Shown here piece by piece: positions 1-14,316 of a stretch of 64,000 nucleotides of DNA. The position numbers and the translations under genes were made by a program. The DNA is from Salpingoeca rosetta. Lineage: Eukaryota; Protista; Choanoflagellata. The stretch is from assembly GCA_033442325.1 (NCBI GenBank), contig JAWQFM010000034.1:62001-126000 (forward strand), written 5' to 3'. The notes beneath the pieces are model-generated. The model saw nothing but the letters and a program-made list of their open reading frames with translations. It had not been told where the DNA came from and did no database searches. Position 1 is the first letter of the stretch; each line of letters starts with the position of its first letter.

Positions 1-14
1 ATCTCCCATCGTAC

Positions 15-87
15 CTTCACCAGCGACACATACCGCCATTACCACTGGCACCAGCACCAGCGACAACCGCACGCTCAACCATCTCAT
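15..87 (-). CDS. First coding exon of a secreted or membrane protein (signal peptide); gene continues off the left edge
   Basis: Minus strand ATG at 87 reads MRWLSVRLSLVLVPVVMAVCVAGE(G), then a GTACGA donor at 14. It has a basic n-region, hydrophobic core and small-residue cleavage site. Lies head-to-head with TPP2. Confidence 0.55.
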
Positions 88-467
88 GCTGCTTTGTTTT
101 GTGGTCGACATGGAGACATGGAGACTTGGAGCGGAGCAAGGGAAAGGGAGCAGGACAAGGTGACACCCGAGGACGTGAGGACAAAGAGAGACAAGCCCAG
201 ACCAGACAAGCGACGCACAGCTGGAGCTGAGTGTCTTGTAGTTTGTGGTCGTCTCGCATCTGTTGCGGACAGAAGGGACGTTGGTTGTGGAGGATTTGCC
301 ATGTTCTCAACGAAAATTCCGGGGTGTTGGTGGCAACCGATTGCGACACCATAAGGTTTGCATTTTGTTCACTGCCGCCGCAACCGACAACCACCCAACG
401 ATCGACACAAACAACCAAACCAACCAAACCCCATCATCATCCAAACCCCCAGCCCACCACCATCGCC

Positions 468-1657
468 ATGACCACTGTTGCCGACAACACGCATGCTGCT
501 GAGCTGTCTGCGCTGATTCCCGCGCAAGAGACTGGTGCCCTTGCTATTCAGGTCAGGTTGTCACGCGTGCAACGCACCACCTTGTTTGTGTCGCTGCGTT
601 GCATTCCATGACGTCAGTGAACATCATCGGTTGCAAGCCTTCATTCTTGTTTCATTTGCGCTCTCTCACATTGCACGTTCCTCTGCTCTTCGTCTGCTGT
701 GATTTGGGGAATAGCGCAACGACCCGGAGTGTGACGGGCGTGGCATCCGCATCGCCGTCTTTGACACGGGTATGTGTTTGGATTCTTCTATCTGCATGTG
801 TTGTGTAGGCTTGAGCATGCACGAAAGAGTCATATCACGCCACTGTGGCTGACGCACGACCACATTTCGTTGCATATTCTCTCGCCCATCCATAACTTCA
901 GGTGTCGACCCTGCGGCCCTTCATCTCAAGACCACCACCGATGGCAAGCCAAAGATCATCGACATCGTTGACACCACAGGTGTGTTGAATCGCGTTGTAC
1001 TGCAACGCATAAACCGTTTTACTTGCTTGCACGTGTGTGTTTGTGTGCTTGCGCGTGTGTGTTTGTGTGCTTGTATGTTTGTGCGTGTGTGCTTGTTTGT
1101 TTGTGTGTTTGTGTTTACGTGTTTGTGTGAGTGTCTTTGTGTGAGTGTGTGTGCTTTTGCTTTCACGGGCATATGAACACGAGCACTGATAGTGATGGTT
1201 TGCAACGCATTCGTGTTCTCGACAGGGAGTGGTGACGTTGACATGAAGAAGGTTGTCAAGCTCGGAGATGACCGCTCCTTCAAGACGCTTACAGGCCGCA
1301 CCTTCAAGGTTGCATTCGCGCGCATGCGCGTGCGTGTATGTACGTGTGCGTCGATGAGTAAGACGCTTGCGTTTGCGTGTGTGTGTGTGCTTGTGTGTCC
1401 TCGCCAGTGCGTGCATGCACACCTTTGCGCTCACCGATTACCCAATCAACTGCTTGAACAAACACGCGTGTGTGCAGGTGCCGGAGGCGTGGGCGTGCCC
1501 GAGTGGTGAAGTCCGTGTGGGCGTGAAGGCGGCCTTTGAGCTATTCCCAACGCCGCTGATTCGCCGACTCAAGGTGCGCACGTTGAGTCGAAGTGGCGAC
1601 ATACATGCAATGCACGCACGCACGGGCGAGGATGATCTCGTGTGACTCATCTTCCAA

Positions 1658-1696
<39 letters not shown>

Positions 1697-2864
1697 TGCA
1701 CACACACACACACGCGCACACACCCATATGTATGCAGCGCAAGCGGAAGGAAGACTGGGAGAAGAAAGCGCGTGCAGTGACGCGGGCGGCGGAGGCCGAG
1801 GAGACGGCGGCAAAGGACAAGACCCCCGACGACGAGGTGCTGCACACGAACACACGTGTTTACAACTTGCAACCTTGACTGTGCTTTGTTCTGTGTTGTG
1901 CGTTTGGAAGGCTGTGTGGTCGTGGAAGTGTTGAGATGGCGAGCGTTTGCTGTGTTCCAGTGTTCACCCCATCTTTCTCACCGCGTTTTTTAACACCTAT
2001 TTGCTCTTTGCACTCTCCATCACCCTCTCCACCACTACTTCTTCACCATCACCACCGCCCTCTCCACCACGCCCCCTGCAGGCACGGCTGAAGGAGCTCA
2101 AGGCGCGGGTTGGGGCGCTGTCGTCCCACGTGGGCGGATACGCAGACCACGGGCCCGTCCTCGACTGCATCGCCTTCAACAACGGCACGGTGAGGACGAG
2201 GGAGGGATGAGGAGTTGGGCGGGGGAGGGGGATGAGACTTTTGATTGGATTGTGGATGTTGTTGTGGTTGTGGTTGTGGATGTGGTTGTGGTGGGTGCTA
2301 CATGATAACGTGTGTTCATGTGCTGCTGTGACGCTGAAACACGCACCACAATCGTGTGCCCATCGTTTGCATGCACCACAACCGTGCGCCCATCGTTTGC
2401 ATGCGCGTGCGCGTATTTGTGTTTGTTTTGTTGTGCAGGAGTGGATGGCCGTGGTTGCTGACGAGACTGTGACGGACTTGAGCAGCGTCAGCCCCATGGG
2501 CGATTACAAGTCAGTAGAGCAAATTGATGGTACCAACAAGGCTCACACTTGTATGCACACACTTGCACACCTGTGCGTTCTCACTGGCTTCTTTCTGCTT
2601 CTGTCTCTTGTTTTCTTTGCATCCTGTTGCGGGTTGCCTGCAGGCAACGGCAGGAGTACGGCCTGTTCTCTGACGAGGACCAGATGTCGTACTCGTTCAA
2701 GTTCTACGCAGACGGCGACATCCTCTCCATCGTCACCACCTCAGGTGCCGGCGGTGGTGGTGGTGGTGGTGGAAATGGAGTGGTGATGTAATTGAAGCGG
2801 TGATGATGGAAATGGAGCGGTGTTGCCGCATACACGAGCGCTAGCACACGCACATGTAACATGT

Positions 2865-2895
<31 letters not shown>

Positions 2896-4671
2896 CACAC
2901 ACACACACATACACACACACACACATACACACACACACATACACAACCTGCCAGGCTCGCACGGCACGCACGTTGCGGGCATCCTGGGAGCGCACGACGA
3001 GAGCAGCAGCGAGCGCAACGGCGTCGCGCCCGGGGTGCAGGTCGTCTCCGTGAAGATTGGGGACGGGCGCTTGGACTCGATGGAGACCGGTGCCGGCATC
3101 ATCCGCGGTGTCAACGCCGCCATCGACAACGGCTGCCACCTCATCAACATGTCCTTTGGCGAGGCAAGCGCCGTGCCAAACGCCGGGTACGTAAAGTGAT
3201 GGTGTTGGTGGTTGTGGGTGGGGGTGACCTTGGTGATGGTGTCGGTGTTGGTCGTGGTGGTGGGTTTGCACATGGTTGCCGTCCTGTGTTATGGCGTTCA
3301 TGTCTGTGCGTATTCGTGTGCATGCGACTGTCTTCGAAAGAGTCCACCCTCAGCTTCTCATTCAAGCACACACACGCACACATGCATGCACTTCCTTGTC
3401 GTGCCCCACAGGCATGTGGTGCGTGCGCTGCAGGATGCTGTGCGGGAGAAAGGCATCATCTTCATTGGCTCTGCGAGCAACAGCGGCCCAGCCCTCTCCA
3501 CCCTCGGCTGCCCCGGCGGCCTCTCCTCTGCCCTCATTGGCGTGGGCGCGTACGCCTCCTCCGCACTCATGGCCTCCTCCTATGCACTGCCCCACCCCGT
3601 ACCGGATGTGCAGTACACGTGGTCGTCGCGCGGGCCCACGCCCGACGGCGCCACCGGCGTGTGCATCTCCGCACCGGGCGGCGCCATCACGGACGTGCCG
3701 ACGTACAACCTCAAGGTGGGGGAGACAAGGGTGTTTGGGGGAGGGGGGCTGGTCTATTGTGTTTTGTGAGTGGTGTATGTTGTGTTTTGTGAGTGGTGTG
3801 TTTTGCGTGTGTGTGTGTGTGTTTTGTGAGTGATGTATGTTGTGTTTTGTGAATGCCGTTGTCGTGTGTCCTCCCTGACTGCACTTCGCAACACGAACGT
3901 ACACACGTGCAGAGCACGCAACTGATGAACGGGACGTCCATGTCGAGCCCAAACATGTGCGGATCTGCCGCGGTCCTCCTCTCCGCCCTCATGAAGCGCG
4001 GTATCCCGTGGTCTCCATTCAGGTGACGCACACACGCACATGCACATGTACACGTGCACATACACACGTGCACATGCAAATGCATGAGGCGTTTGGGTCT
4101 TCGGGCGTTGATGTGGTGCTCATGCACCCACTGAGCTTTCTTCGCATGGCACACACACACTCTCACACTCTTTCACACATACACACACACTCACACACAC
4201 GCACACACACTCCTCCGTCTCTCCCACGTCACAGCGTGCGCAAGGCGCTTGAGAACACGGCAAAGCCTTTGAGCGGGAGCACACCGCTGGACAACGGGCA
4301 GGGCGTGGCGCAGGTGGACAAGGCCCTGGACCTCCTCGTGAACCATCGCGACGACCTGTCCTTCCTGCCAGAGTACAAGGTGGAGGCTGGCTACTTTGCC
4401 ATGGGTGGGCGTGGCATCTACCTTCGTGATCCAGGCCACTTTACGCAAGACCGCGTGGAGGCAATTGTGTCCGTCACGCCGTCCTTCCACAAGGACACGC
4501 CCAAGGAGGACCTCATTCACTTCGGTCAGTGGTGGCGCAGCTGTTGAATGTAGGGGAGGAGGAGGGAAGGTGTGTGTGTGTGTGTGTGCAGAGGTGACGT
4601 TGGTCGTAAAAGTACTTTGTTTTTGTGTGTGCGTGCATGATTCCACACGCCCCCTGCCGCCATATCCTGTT

Positions 4672-4752
<81 letters not shown>

Positions 4753-5157
4753 GTGTGCGTCTCTCTCACTCACTCACTCACTCCCTGTGTCCCATCTCAA
4801 CCCCGCTTTGTGCTCACCACCGCTGCATTCCAACCTGTGCAGAGTGCCCACTGTCGCTGGTGTGCGACAAGTCGTGGGTGAACGTCGCCAGCTTCCTCCT
4901 CATGAACAACAGCACCCGCTCCTTTGGCGTGCATGTCAGTTGCAGCGCTGCTCGTGCTGGTGGTGGAGGGGGGGGGGATGGAAGGAGAGAAGAAGGGAGG
5001 GAAGGGGGCAAGAAGAGGAGAGGAAGAGATGTTATGTGTCGGGGGTGTTATTTGCTCTCAAGTCTTGTCCTTTGTCTCATCCACGCACACGCACTCACAC
5101 ACACACACTCTCACACACACATACACTTACACTTCCACATACACTCACTCACATCCA

Positions 5158-5249
<92 letters not shown>

Positions 5250-7613
5250 CCATGCAACATCCATGACAACAACCACCCACAGGTGAACACGGGGGACCTT
5301 GAACCCGGCCTGCACTACACGGAGATTCGCGCGTACCGCGTTGGAGATGCCGATGCTGGCCCCGTCTTCCGCGTGCCCGTGACGGTGTGCAAACCAACGC
5401 CGCTCGCCGCGCCCCAGAGCACCGCCACCACCAGCGCAGTCATGTCCGCAGGCGCCGTGAAGGTGGGGGATGGGCAAGAACATGGTGGTAGTCGTGATAA
5501 TGGTCGTGGTGGTGTGGAGAGGGTGTGACTGATGTGGAAGGGTTAAGATGGGGAGTGTTGGGTTGGTTGGTCACATTGTGGTGTTGTGTCGCGTGTGTCG
5601 CGTGTGTTTCATGTGGTGCTGAGTGTAGCGTGCGGTGTGTTGGGTGCCATGTGTTTCCCTCCCTCTCACCATTCTACACCTCACCTCACCCCACAACTGA
5701 ACACCACCCCACTCTACCACTCTGTCACGCCGCCTTCAGCGCTACTTCTATGCTGTCCCCTCTGGGGTGACCGGGTGCAAGGTGACAGTGACTGGCGGCG
5801 CCTTTGAGGGCTCGCGTCGCTTCATCCTCCACGCCGTGCAGCTCGCACACCAGAAGCCCTTCAACAACGCAGAGCTGCACGTACGAAGCATCAGTGGTGG
5901 TTGTGGTGGTTGTATGGTGGGGGTGGTGTAGAGCTTCGTGTCTCTGTTCTTGTTTGTGCGCACGGTTGTTTGCTGATGTGCTGGCGTCAGCCTCTCGTGC
6001 CTTTTTGTCTCATCGATTGATTTTCAACCACACACCTGTCCACTATACACTACCCCACCCCCTTCCAATGCACGCCGACGGCAGCGGTTCTTTGCGCTCC
6101 GAGAGCGCGAGACGACGACGTTTGAGCTCGCCATCAACGGGGACCGCGGGCTGGAGGTGTGCGTTGCGCAGTGGTGGTCGTCGGCCGGCGCGTGCGACAT
6201 CACCATCACCGTCGAGTTTATTGGCCTCGACCTCAGGGGCGATCGCACATTCGCAGGGCCCGCCCGCCTGGTGAGGAGCAGTGGTGGTGAAGTGGTGGTG
6301 GTGGTGGTGGCGAAATGGGATTTGTGGGTTTTATGAAGCACACGATGTCAGTTGTCGTGTCTCACTGACGCGGATGCTCAAATGCTGATGTCCCTAATCA
6401 CACACGCACACGCACACACACACTCACACACACACACACACACACACACCCACACACACACACCCACACACCCACACACACACACACACACACACATACA
6501 CGCACATTCACACCCACACACATTCACACACATACACATAAACGCACACCCACACACATTCACACACATACACATTCACACACACGCACACACACCATCC
6601 CACCTGCTGTTGCAGGATGCGCTGTGCACGCTGGGTAAAGTGACGCTGCAGCCCAAGGTGCAGTACACGACGCTCGAGCGCGTCATCTTCCCCGTGCGTG
6701 CAGGCACCGTCCGCCCGCTGCGGGAGGAGCGAAACGTGCTGATTGACGGGAGCCACATGTACGCGCTCGAGCTCTCCTACTCCTTCTCCCTCAGCGACAA
6801 GGTCCGCAGTCGTCGTGGTGGTAGTGGTGGTTAGTGTGGTGTTGTGGTGTCGTGGTGCTGCTGTGCTTGTGTTGAATTGACGATGCTGCCACAGGTTCAT
6901 TGTTGTGTTTACGCCCCTTCGTTGTGATGGTTGTAATAGTTCTTCTTCTTGCCCAGTCTTCTCACCACCACTACCATCCTCCTCCTCCTCACCACCACCA
7001 CCCTGACCACCACCCTGGCCACCACCAGGCGAACGTGTACCCCGTGCTGCCTGGGGTGTCTGACTTCCTGTACGAGGGCGACATGCACAACCAGCTGTGG
7101 ATGATCTTTGACGACAACAACCGCATCCTGCAGCGCGGCGACGCATTCCCCAACCGCTACAAGACGGACCTCAAGAAAGGCTCATACACCATCGTCTACC
7201 AGGTCTGGCGCACGCGTTGGGTTGACGGCAGCTTTGTTCCGTGTGATGTTGTGGTGTTGGATAGCAAAGGGCGGAAGGGGAGACAGAATGGGCCGCTTCG
7301 TGTCTGCTGGTGACAGGCATTACATACGACAACACCTCTTCCTCTCAGTTGCGTTCCTTGTCATCACTCTCATTCAAATCTCACTTCACTTCCTTTTTCC
7401 CTCCACTTGCCTTTCCCTTTCTTTTCTGTTCCCTTTCTGCCCACACCACGACGACGACCACCACCACCGTCACAGCTGCGCCATTCGAGCAAGTCGAAGC
7501 TCGAGGACATGAAGGAGTCCCACATTCTCCTCATCCAGAAGCTCAAGGTAAAATAACAGCGCATGCATTGTGCTGTGCACGTGTCATGCGTACTGTAATT
7601 TCGCGTGTGATGT

Positions 7614-7662
<49 letters not shown>

Positions 7663-8475
7663 ACTACGCACACACACAAACACACGCACAAACACACAAA
7701 CACACAAACACACAAACACACAAACACACGCACACACACACATTCCCCCACCCGTTTTGCTGCCACATCCCGTCACTCGACCACCACCGCCACCACCACC
7801 ACCACTGCTTATCCGTCCCATTTTTTTTTTAGTCTCCGCTGAGTGCGAGCGTGTACAGCGTGCAGCCCGGCACCACCGCCCAGCAGTCCTTCTCAAAGAT
7901 GGACCTCGTCCGCGGCAGGTGCGTGTCTCTTGTGTGTGTGTGTGCGCGCTGTGTGTTATGTGTGTGTGTGCGCGCTGTGTGTGATGTGTATGCGTGTATG
8001 TGTGTGTATGCGTGTGTGTATGCGTGTGTGTGATGTTTGTGTGTATGCGCGTGTGTTTGTATGTGTGTGGAAATGCGCCTGTGCATGCGTGCGCGTGTGT
8101 GTTTGTATGTATGCTTGTGCTATTCAGTGCTTACAAACCCATTCTCCACCACGATCCAAATGTTCTGTCACACACATACACCCCCTCACGCATCCCAACA
8201 CCCAATCTTCCACCACCACCACCACCACCACCACCTACTCCTTCATTCACCCCTCCCCTCACCCTCAACTGCAGGAGTGTGCCTGTGTTTGTTGAGCCCG
8301 TGAAGGCGTCGAAGCTTCCCAAAGATGCTGCGCACGGGGACGTGTTGAGCGGCACCATCACCATGGCCGCCGATGCACAGGTGCGTACCCGCCTCAACAG
8401 GCGCGAACGCAAGAAGCGCACAGACCACCCGGAGGTGAGCCGGCGTGCTGGTTGCGATGTGGTCGTGGCGGTTAG

Positions 8476-8509
<34 letters not shown>

Positions 8510-10052
8510 TGGTTTGTGGGTTTGTTTGTGGGTTGGTTGGAGATGGCTTTGTGGGTTTGTTTGTGGGTTGGTTGGAGATGGCTTTGTGGGTTTGTTTGTT
8601 GTTTAGTTTGGTGGCGTTTGAAGAAGGACGAACGGCGCACACGCCGCCTCCTTTGATTGTTTCAACTTGTCGTGTTTCCACCACCCTTGTCCCTCCCCAC
8701 GCCCATCCGATCGGACTGCTTGTTTTGCTGATGCCTCTTCTCGAGCTTTTGTTCCATCTCGTCCTCACCTCTTCCTCACCACCACCACATCCCACTACGA
8801 CCACACCAATGTTGACCGTCTCCTCCCCTCCCCACCCTTCTGTCTGAACAACACGCCAGTGGTCGACGTGGTGCGTGCGCGCGCTGGTGACCAAGGGCAA
8901 AGTGAAGCCTGCCGAGACCACCAGCAGCAGCAGCAAGAAGAGCAAGAAGAACAAGAAGAACAAGGCGTACAAGGACGCAATCAAAGCTGCAGACCTCGAC
9001 TTTATCAAGAGGTGCACAGCTGGCGTGTGTTCCTGTGTGTGTGTGTGAGTGTGTGCGAGTGTGTGTGTTCCTGTGTGTGTGTATCTTTTCGTGTGTGCGT
9101 GTGTGTGTCTGTGGGCTCATGCATGTGCTTGTATCTTTGCATCGTTCATGAGCGCATCCTCTTCTTGGCTCTCTCCCTTCCACTCACTCACCCTTTACAT
9201 TCTCAACCTCCCCCCGCCCTCCTTTCGCACCAACCGACTACCTCTGCCGTGCCCACCAGCGCGACGAAGGACGATGTTGACGTGCTGGCTGAGATTGGGG
9301 AGCGCCATGCCGGTGCCCTCGATGTGCAGCTCGCTGTCATCACCAAGCGCTTTGACCTCACAGACAGCAAGGTCTTATCTCGCTTGTCAGAGGCACACTG
9401 TGTGTGTGAGTTTGTGTGTGAGTTTGTGTGTGTGTGTGTGTGTGTGTGTTCTGTATGCGTTGAGTTTTGTGTGAGTTTGTGTGTGTCTGTGTGTATATGT
9501 GTGCGTGTGTGCATATGAACTGTGTGCTCCTTCTTGTGCGAAACTTGCCCCTGACATGACTATTCTTCAACTTGTGGCCTCTTGATCCCCACCAGGTTTG
9601 CCCCCCCCCCACCTCACTCATCCTCATCCTCATCCTCACCCTCATCCTCACCCTCATTCTCATCCTCATCTTCGCCCCGCCCCAACAAACAACCATCAAC
9701 AGGAGAGCCTGCTGCCGCTGATTGAGGAGGCCGTGGACAGCGTGGACACGCGTGCGCTTGCAGAGTACTTTGGGCGGACAGATGTTGTTGAGGAGGAGAC
9801 GCAGGAGGCGAAGGACGCCGCGGCCAAACGCAAGGAAGACATGACATCCACCAAGTCGAACCTCATCGCCCTCTTGCTTCTCCAGGTGTGTGTGTGTGGG
9901 GGGGGGGGAGGGCGTGGGGTGATGGGTGATTGTTTTGTGGCTGAAAAGGAGCCGCGTGTGTGTGTTTTGTGCGTTTGTGTGCTTTGCGTTCTCGTGCACA
10001 CACTTGTCCAACATGATCGAACGTGACCGCTGCCATGCATGGCCTCACCGTG

Positions 10053-10104
<52 letters not shown>

Positions 10105-10811
10105 CCACACGCACGATGACAGCTCAAGTGTGCGCTTGAGCTGGAAGGGGACGCCCGCACCAACACGGCCCGCACCGCCATCACCAACGCAAAGCGCTGG
10201 ACAGACCCATACAAGGACTCGGTACGTGGCATGCTGGTTGCTTGCGCGCGCTTGTGCACCATTGGGTCAATGACTTGATGGTTGCCAATGTGTGCGTTTG
10301 CACATCGTGAGCTGTAGTGGCACACGGATGCACACATGGCATGTTTCCCTTTCCTTCACACACTCACACTCACGCACTTACACACACTCACACACTCTCA
10401 CATAAACTCACTCACTCTCACACACGCACAAATCAACAACCTTCACAGAAGTGGGCACTGTCGCTTGCCAAGTACCACATGGCGCGTGAGGAGTACGGAC
10501 AGGCGCTGCAATGCATTGGCGACGAGACGAGCAAGGACGCCTTTGAGCTCAAGCAGCAGCTCTTTGACAAGCTCGGTATGGTGCAGGTGCACATTGGGAG
10601 GAGGGGGAAGGGAAAGCTAGGCTTGTGCACGTTGCTCTGTGTGTTTTCCCAAAGTGCACATTCGTTGCCATCCTCACATCCACCTTCTCTCATCCATTCA
10701 CACACACACACACACACACACACGCGCAATTAAATAGGCTGGACGGATCTGTTTGACAGCCGCAGCGTGCACGTGCTCTTCCCCAGCGCCCGCCCCCTCT
10801 TTGTGGAGTGA
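468..10811 (+). CDS. TPP2: Tripeptidyl-peptidase II (subtilisin family S8), more than 20 exons
   Basis: Spliced exons give DGRGIRIAVFDTG|VDP (catalytic Asp; 715-769, 902-979), KIIDIVDTTGSGDVD, GSHGTHVAGI (His; exon from 2955), KIGDGRLDSMETG, INMSFGE, SASNSGPALSTLGCPGG, YTWSSRGPTPDG, QLMNGTSMSSPNMCG (Ser; 3913-4022), GPVFRVPVTVCKP, LEVCVAQWWS and GDAFPNRY. Last exon ends ...SARPLFVE, TGA 10809-10811. Confidence 0.96.
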
Positions 10812-11785
10812 TGTGATGCGCTGTTGATGCTGATGTGTCCCCTCACATCATCACCAAGCACACGAAGTACACCAAGGCGAGGCAAACCAACCAAAGCGAG
10901 GCCAAGCTCTTTTCCATTTGCCACTCTTGTTGTTGTTCGTCACTGCCAGAAGTGTCGAGTCAGCATTTTCTGTTTTGTGAATGTTTTCCACCAAAAACCG
11001 CTTTGATCACACACAAACAGAAAAAACGGCCGACAAAACACTGAAGCAAGAAGGAGACAGAGCGAGAGCGCCACGCGACACACACACACACACACACACG
11101 AGACTTTTTTTTTTCCTCTGTGTGTTGTGCGCTTACGCAGCCCCCATTCACTTCCCGCACCCCCCCTGACACAACCAGCAAGCGAGCATCGTCTTTCCGC
11201 CGTGCTTTGTGTCACACCCGTCACCACCACCACCACCCTTGACCAAGCTTGATCACAGCAAGTCCCGCAGTTGTTCTTGTTCAGCTTTGACACGTGTCTT
11301 GTCAGAGCATCTTCGTTCGTGGACACCACGTCTTCTGTTCTGTGGTGAGTGTGACCGTGACACAAGTGTCCACGCAACACAACACGCTGTCGTGCGTGGC
11401 GCGACAGCTGCGCGCCAACGCAATCATGCCTGCCGTCTGTTGTACGAGCGCGTGTGTTTGTTGTGTGAGAGCGCGCATGTGTGAGAGCCCGTGTATGTGT
11501 CGTGTATGTATGCGTGCCCACGCATAGTCGGCTGTGCGGGTCCTTGTTGTTGCGGTTCAACAATTGTGTTTTGATCAGCCATGTTGTGCGTGTGCATGTG
11601 TGTCCGTGTCCACATCCCGCCAGAGTTCTCTGTTTCGTGTGCCGTACCAACACCAACAGCAACACCACCACTGCATGCTTTGCAAGCACGCACTCACCGC
11701 ACTCACTTCCCTCCCTCGTGTCCAACTCGGGTCTTGCTGCTGCTGACAGATATCACAGCAAACCCCCCAAGAAAAACAAACCACC

Positions 11786-12020
11786 ATGGCTACCATGGTC
11801 AACGTACGCTCCACGCTATCCCTGTTCCTTTTGGATTGCCTGACACTAGCGCCGTGCCTGCTCAATCATCACACACTCCACTTACCGCGATGCCTGTTGT
11901 TTTGTACTCACGTTTGTGATCCCCCACATACGCCACCAACAGAACGTCGAGCAAGGCATGCTCACCAAGGCCACTCGCGTACGTTCGCTCGCCTGTGCCA
12001 TGCATTGCCCGCCTTCATGC

Positions 12021-12054
<34 letters not shown>

Positions 12055-12794
12055 CACACATGCACGCACATACACTGCACCCTCTCTGCACACCTTTTCG
12101 CTTTTGTCGCTCCTCACGCGTCCGCACGCATGACACCTTTCTCCACGCTTTTTTTCTTTTCTCGTCGACCCAAAACAGATCAGCGATCGTTTGCGCGAGA
12201 TGGGCATTCGCGACCGCTCAGAGACTGCCATCCTCTTTGGTACGCTTGCTTACCTCGCCCTTGTTTCTTTTCACACGTTGCCTGCATTGATTGCTTTTCA
12301 CAAGCCTTGTAGCATGCCAAGACTGGTGACACGTCACGCGTTTTCCACACAGACCACTTATCACGCGCGCGCTCACCTGCTTGTGTCACGCGTTTGTCTC
12401 CCTTTCGCAACAGCTCTGAACGAGCACGGTCAGGATGAAGCCGACACCCTGGAGGCCCTCATCTCAAACGTGCGTGGCTCGTTGTTGATGCCCTTGCTCT
12501 GCTTGTTGGAATGTGGCGCTCGCTCTTGTCCACACGATGCTCATCACTCCATGGCTTCGTTTCATCGCTTTTTTTTTTTCGTTCGTCTGGTGGCGTCTGG
12601 TGTGTGCAGGCATACGATGACTTTGCGCCCACAAAGCCTCAGCCAACGACGTGAGTTTGTTCGCTTTTGCTCGTGCGTACGCATGTTTGTGTTGCTTGGC
12701 GTTGTAGCTGCTCGCGCTCTCGATTTGTTCCTCCCGCCCTCTCTCAAAGACATGCACATGATTGCCTTGTCCTCACATGACTCTGGGTGCTGCT

Positions 12795-12826
<32 letters not shown>

Positions 12827-13562
12827 CAACGCGACCGCCGCCAGCGTGGCGGGTACCGCGGTGCTGGCTTTGACCGCCGGGGTCGTCGCGGCCCCTCTGA
12901 CACGCGCGGCCGCCGTGAGCGCCCTGAGGGCCGCGGCCGTGGTCGTCGTGGTGCTCCCGCAGAGGGCCGCGGCCGCGGTGGCCCAGCAGCCGGTGGCAAG
13001 CCCGGCCCACGCCGCCAGCAGCAGCAGCAGCAGCAGCAAGCCCCACAGAAGGTGTGTGTTTGTGTGTGAGCGTGTGAGTAGTGTGCAAGTGCGAGTTGTG
13101 TGTTAGTGTGTTAGTGTGTTAGTGTGCTTTTTCCCCCATCCTCCAATCTCATGCTCACGCTCACCACATCACCGTCTCTTCTCCCCGCGCGCTTCCTTCT
13201 TCAGGCCAAGGCGCCCAACGGTGACGCCGCCGCCAAGCCCCAGAAGCAGATTGACCAGCAGCAGGTTGAGAACCAGCAGCCAGAGAGGAAGCAGCAGCAG
13301 CAGCAGCAGCGACCAACCAAGGCAGCAGCGCCAAAGCCCGCAGGCAGTACGTCTCCTTCCACTCGACTCTGATTCGTCCGTGCTCTGTGGTGCTTTGTGT
13401 GTGCGTGTGTAAGTTGTGCGTGTGCTGTCGGGACATGTTGCATTTTGCCCTCCCCCACCCCCTTTTTTTGTCTTTGCTCTGCTCAATCACGCGAAATTAT
13501 TCGCCGCTTACATTGCGCACACAAATGCCAACCTGCCATTCGCGCACGCCCCCCCCCCCTTT

Positions 13563-13635
<73 letters not shown>

Positions 13636-14285
13636 CCCGCCTTTCCACAACCCCTCTGACAACACAACACCAACAACAGAGTCGTGGGCACAGATTGCTC
13701 GCAAGCCCACAAACCAGGTGCGCGAGAAGCGTGCGCGCGCACAGCAGCTGCGCCAGCAAGAGGAGGAGCAGGCGCGGGCACAAGCCGAGGCCCTCGCACA
13801 GGCACAGGCCGAGGTTGAGGCACAGGAGGCACAGGCCCTCGCAGCACAGCAGGCCGCCGCCGCAGAGGAGGAGGCAGCAGCAGCCACGTACGAGGTGGAG
13901 CAGACACAGGTCACGGAGGAGGTGATTGAGTTCAGCACCACCGAGACACAGGTGGAGGAGGCATACAGCGACGAGCAGCAGCAGGAGGAGCAGGCGCAAG
14001 AGGAAGAGGAGATGAACACAGACATTGCATGGATGCAGCAGACGACCTCCACCACCACCACGACGGTTGTTGAGGACCAAGGCGTGCAGACGCAGATTGT
14101 GCAGGAGGAGCAGGAGCAGACAGAGGCTGTGTGGGAGGGCGGCCGCAGCAAGCGCCAGACCAAGCCCGCAGCAACATCGGCCGTAGTCGTGCCCGGTCTG
14201 CAGCAGAACCTGGAGAACCTTGCCATCAGCTTTGGCTTTGACGAGCCAACCACAGCGCCGGCACAGGAGGCCGTGGTGGAGGAGC

Positions 14286-14316
<31 letters not shown>

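Noticed and set aside
8504-8600. 35-bp direct repeats here, and similar pairs at 2340-2405, 23667-23757 and 35530-35615, as a CRISPR-like array
   Set aside because: Only 2-3 adjacent copies with no unique spacer series and no cas genes, in a eukaryotic context; these are slippage duplications.
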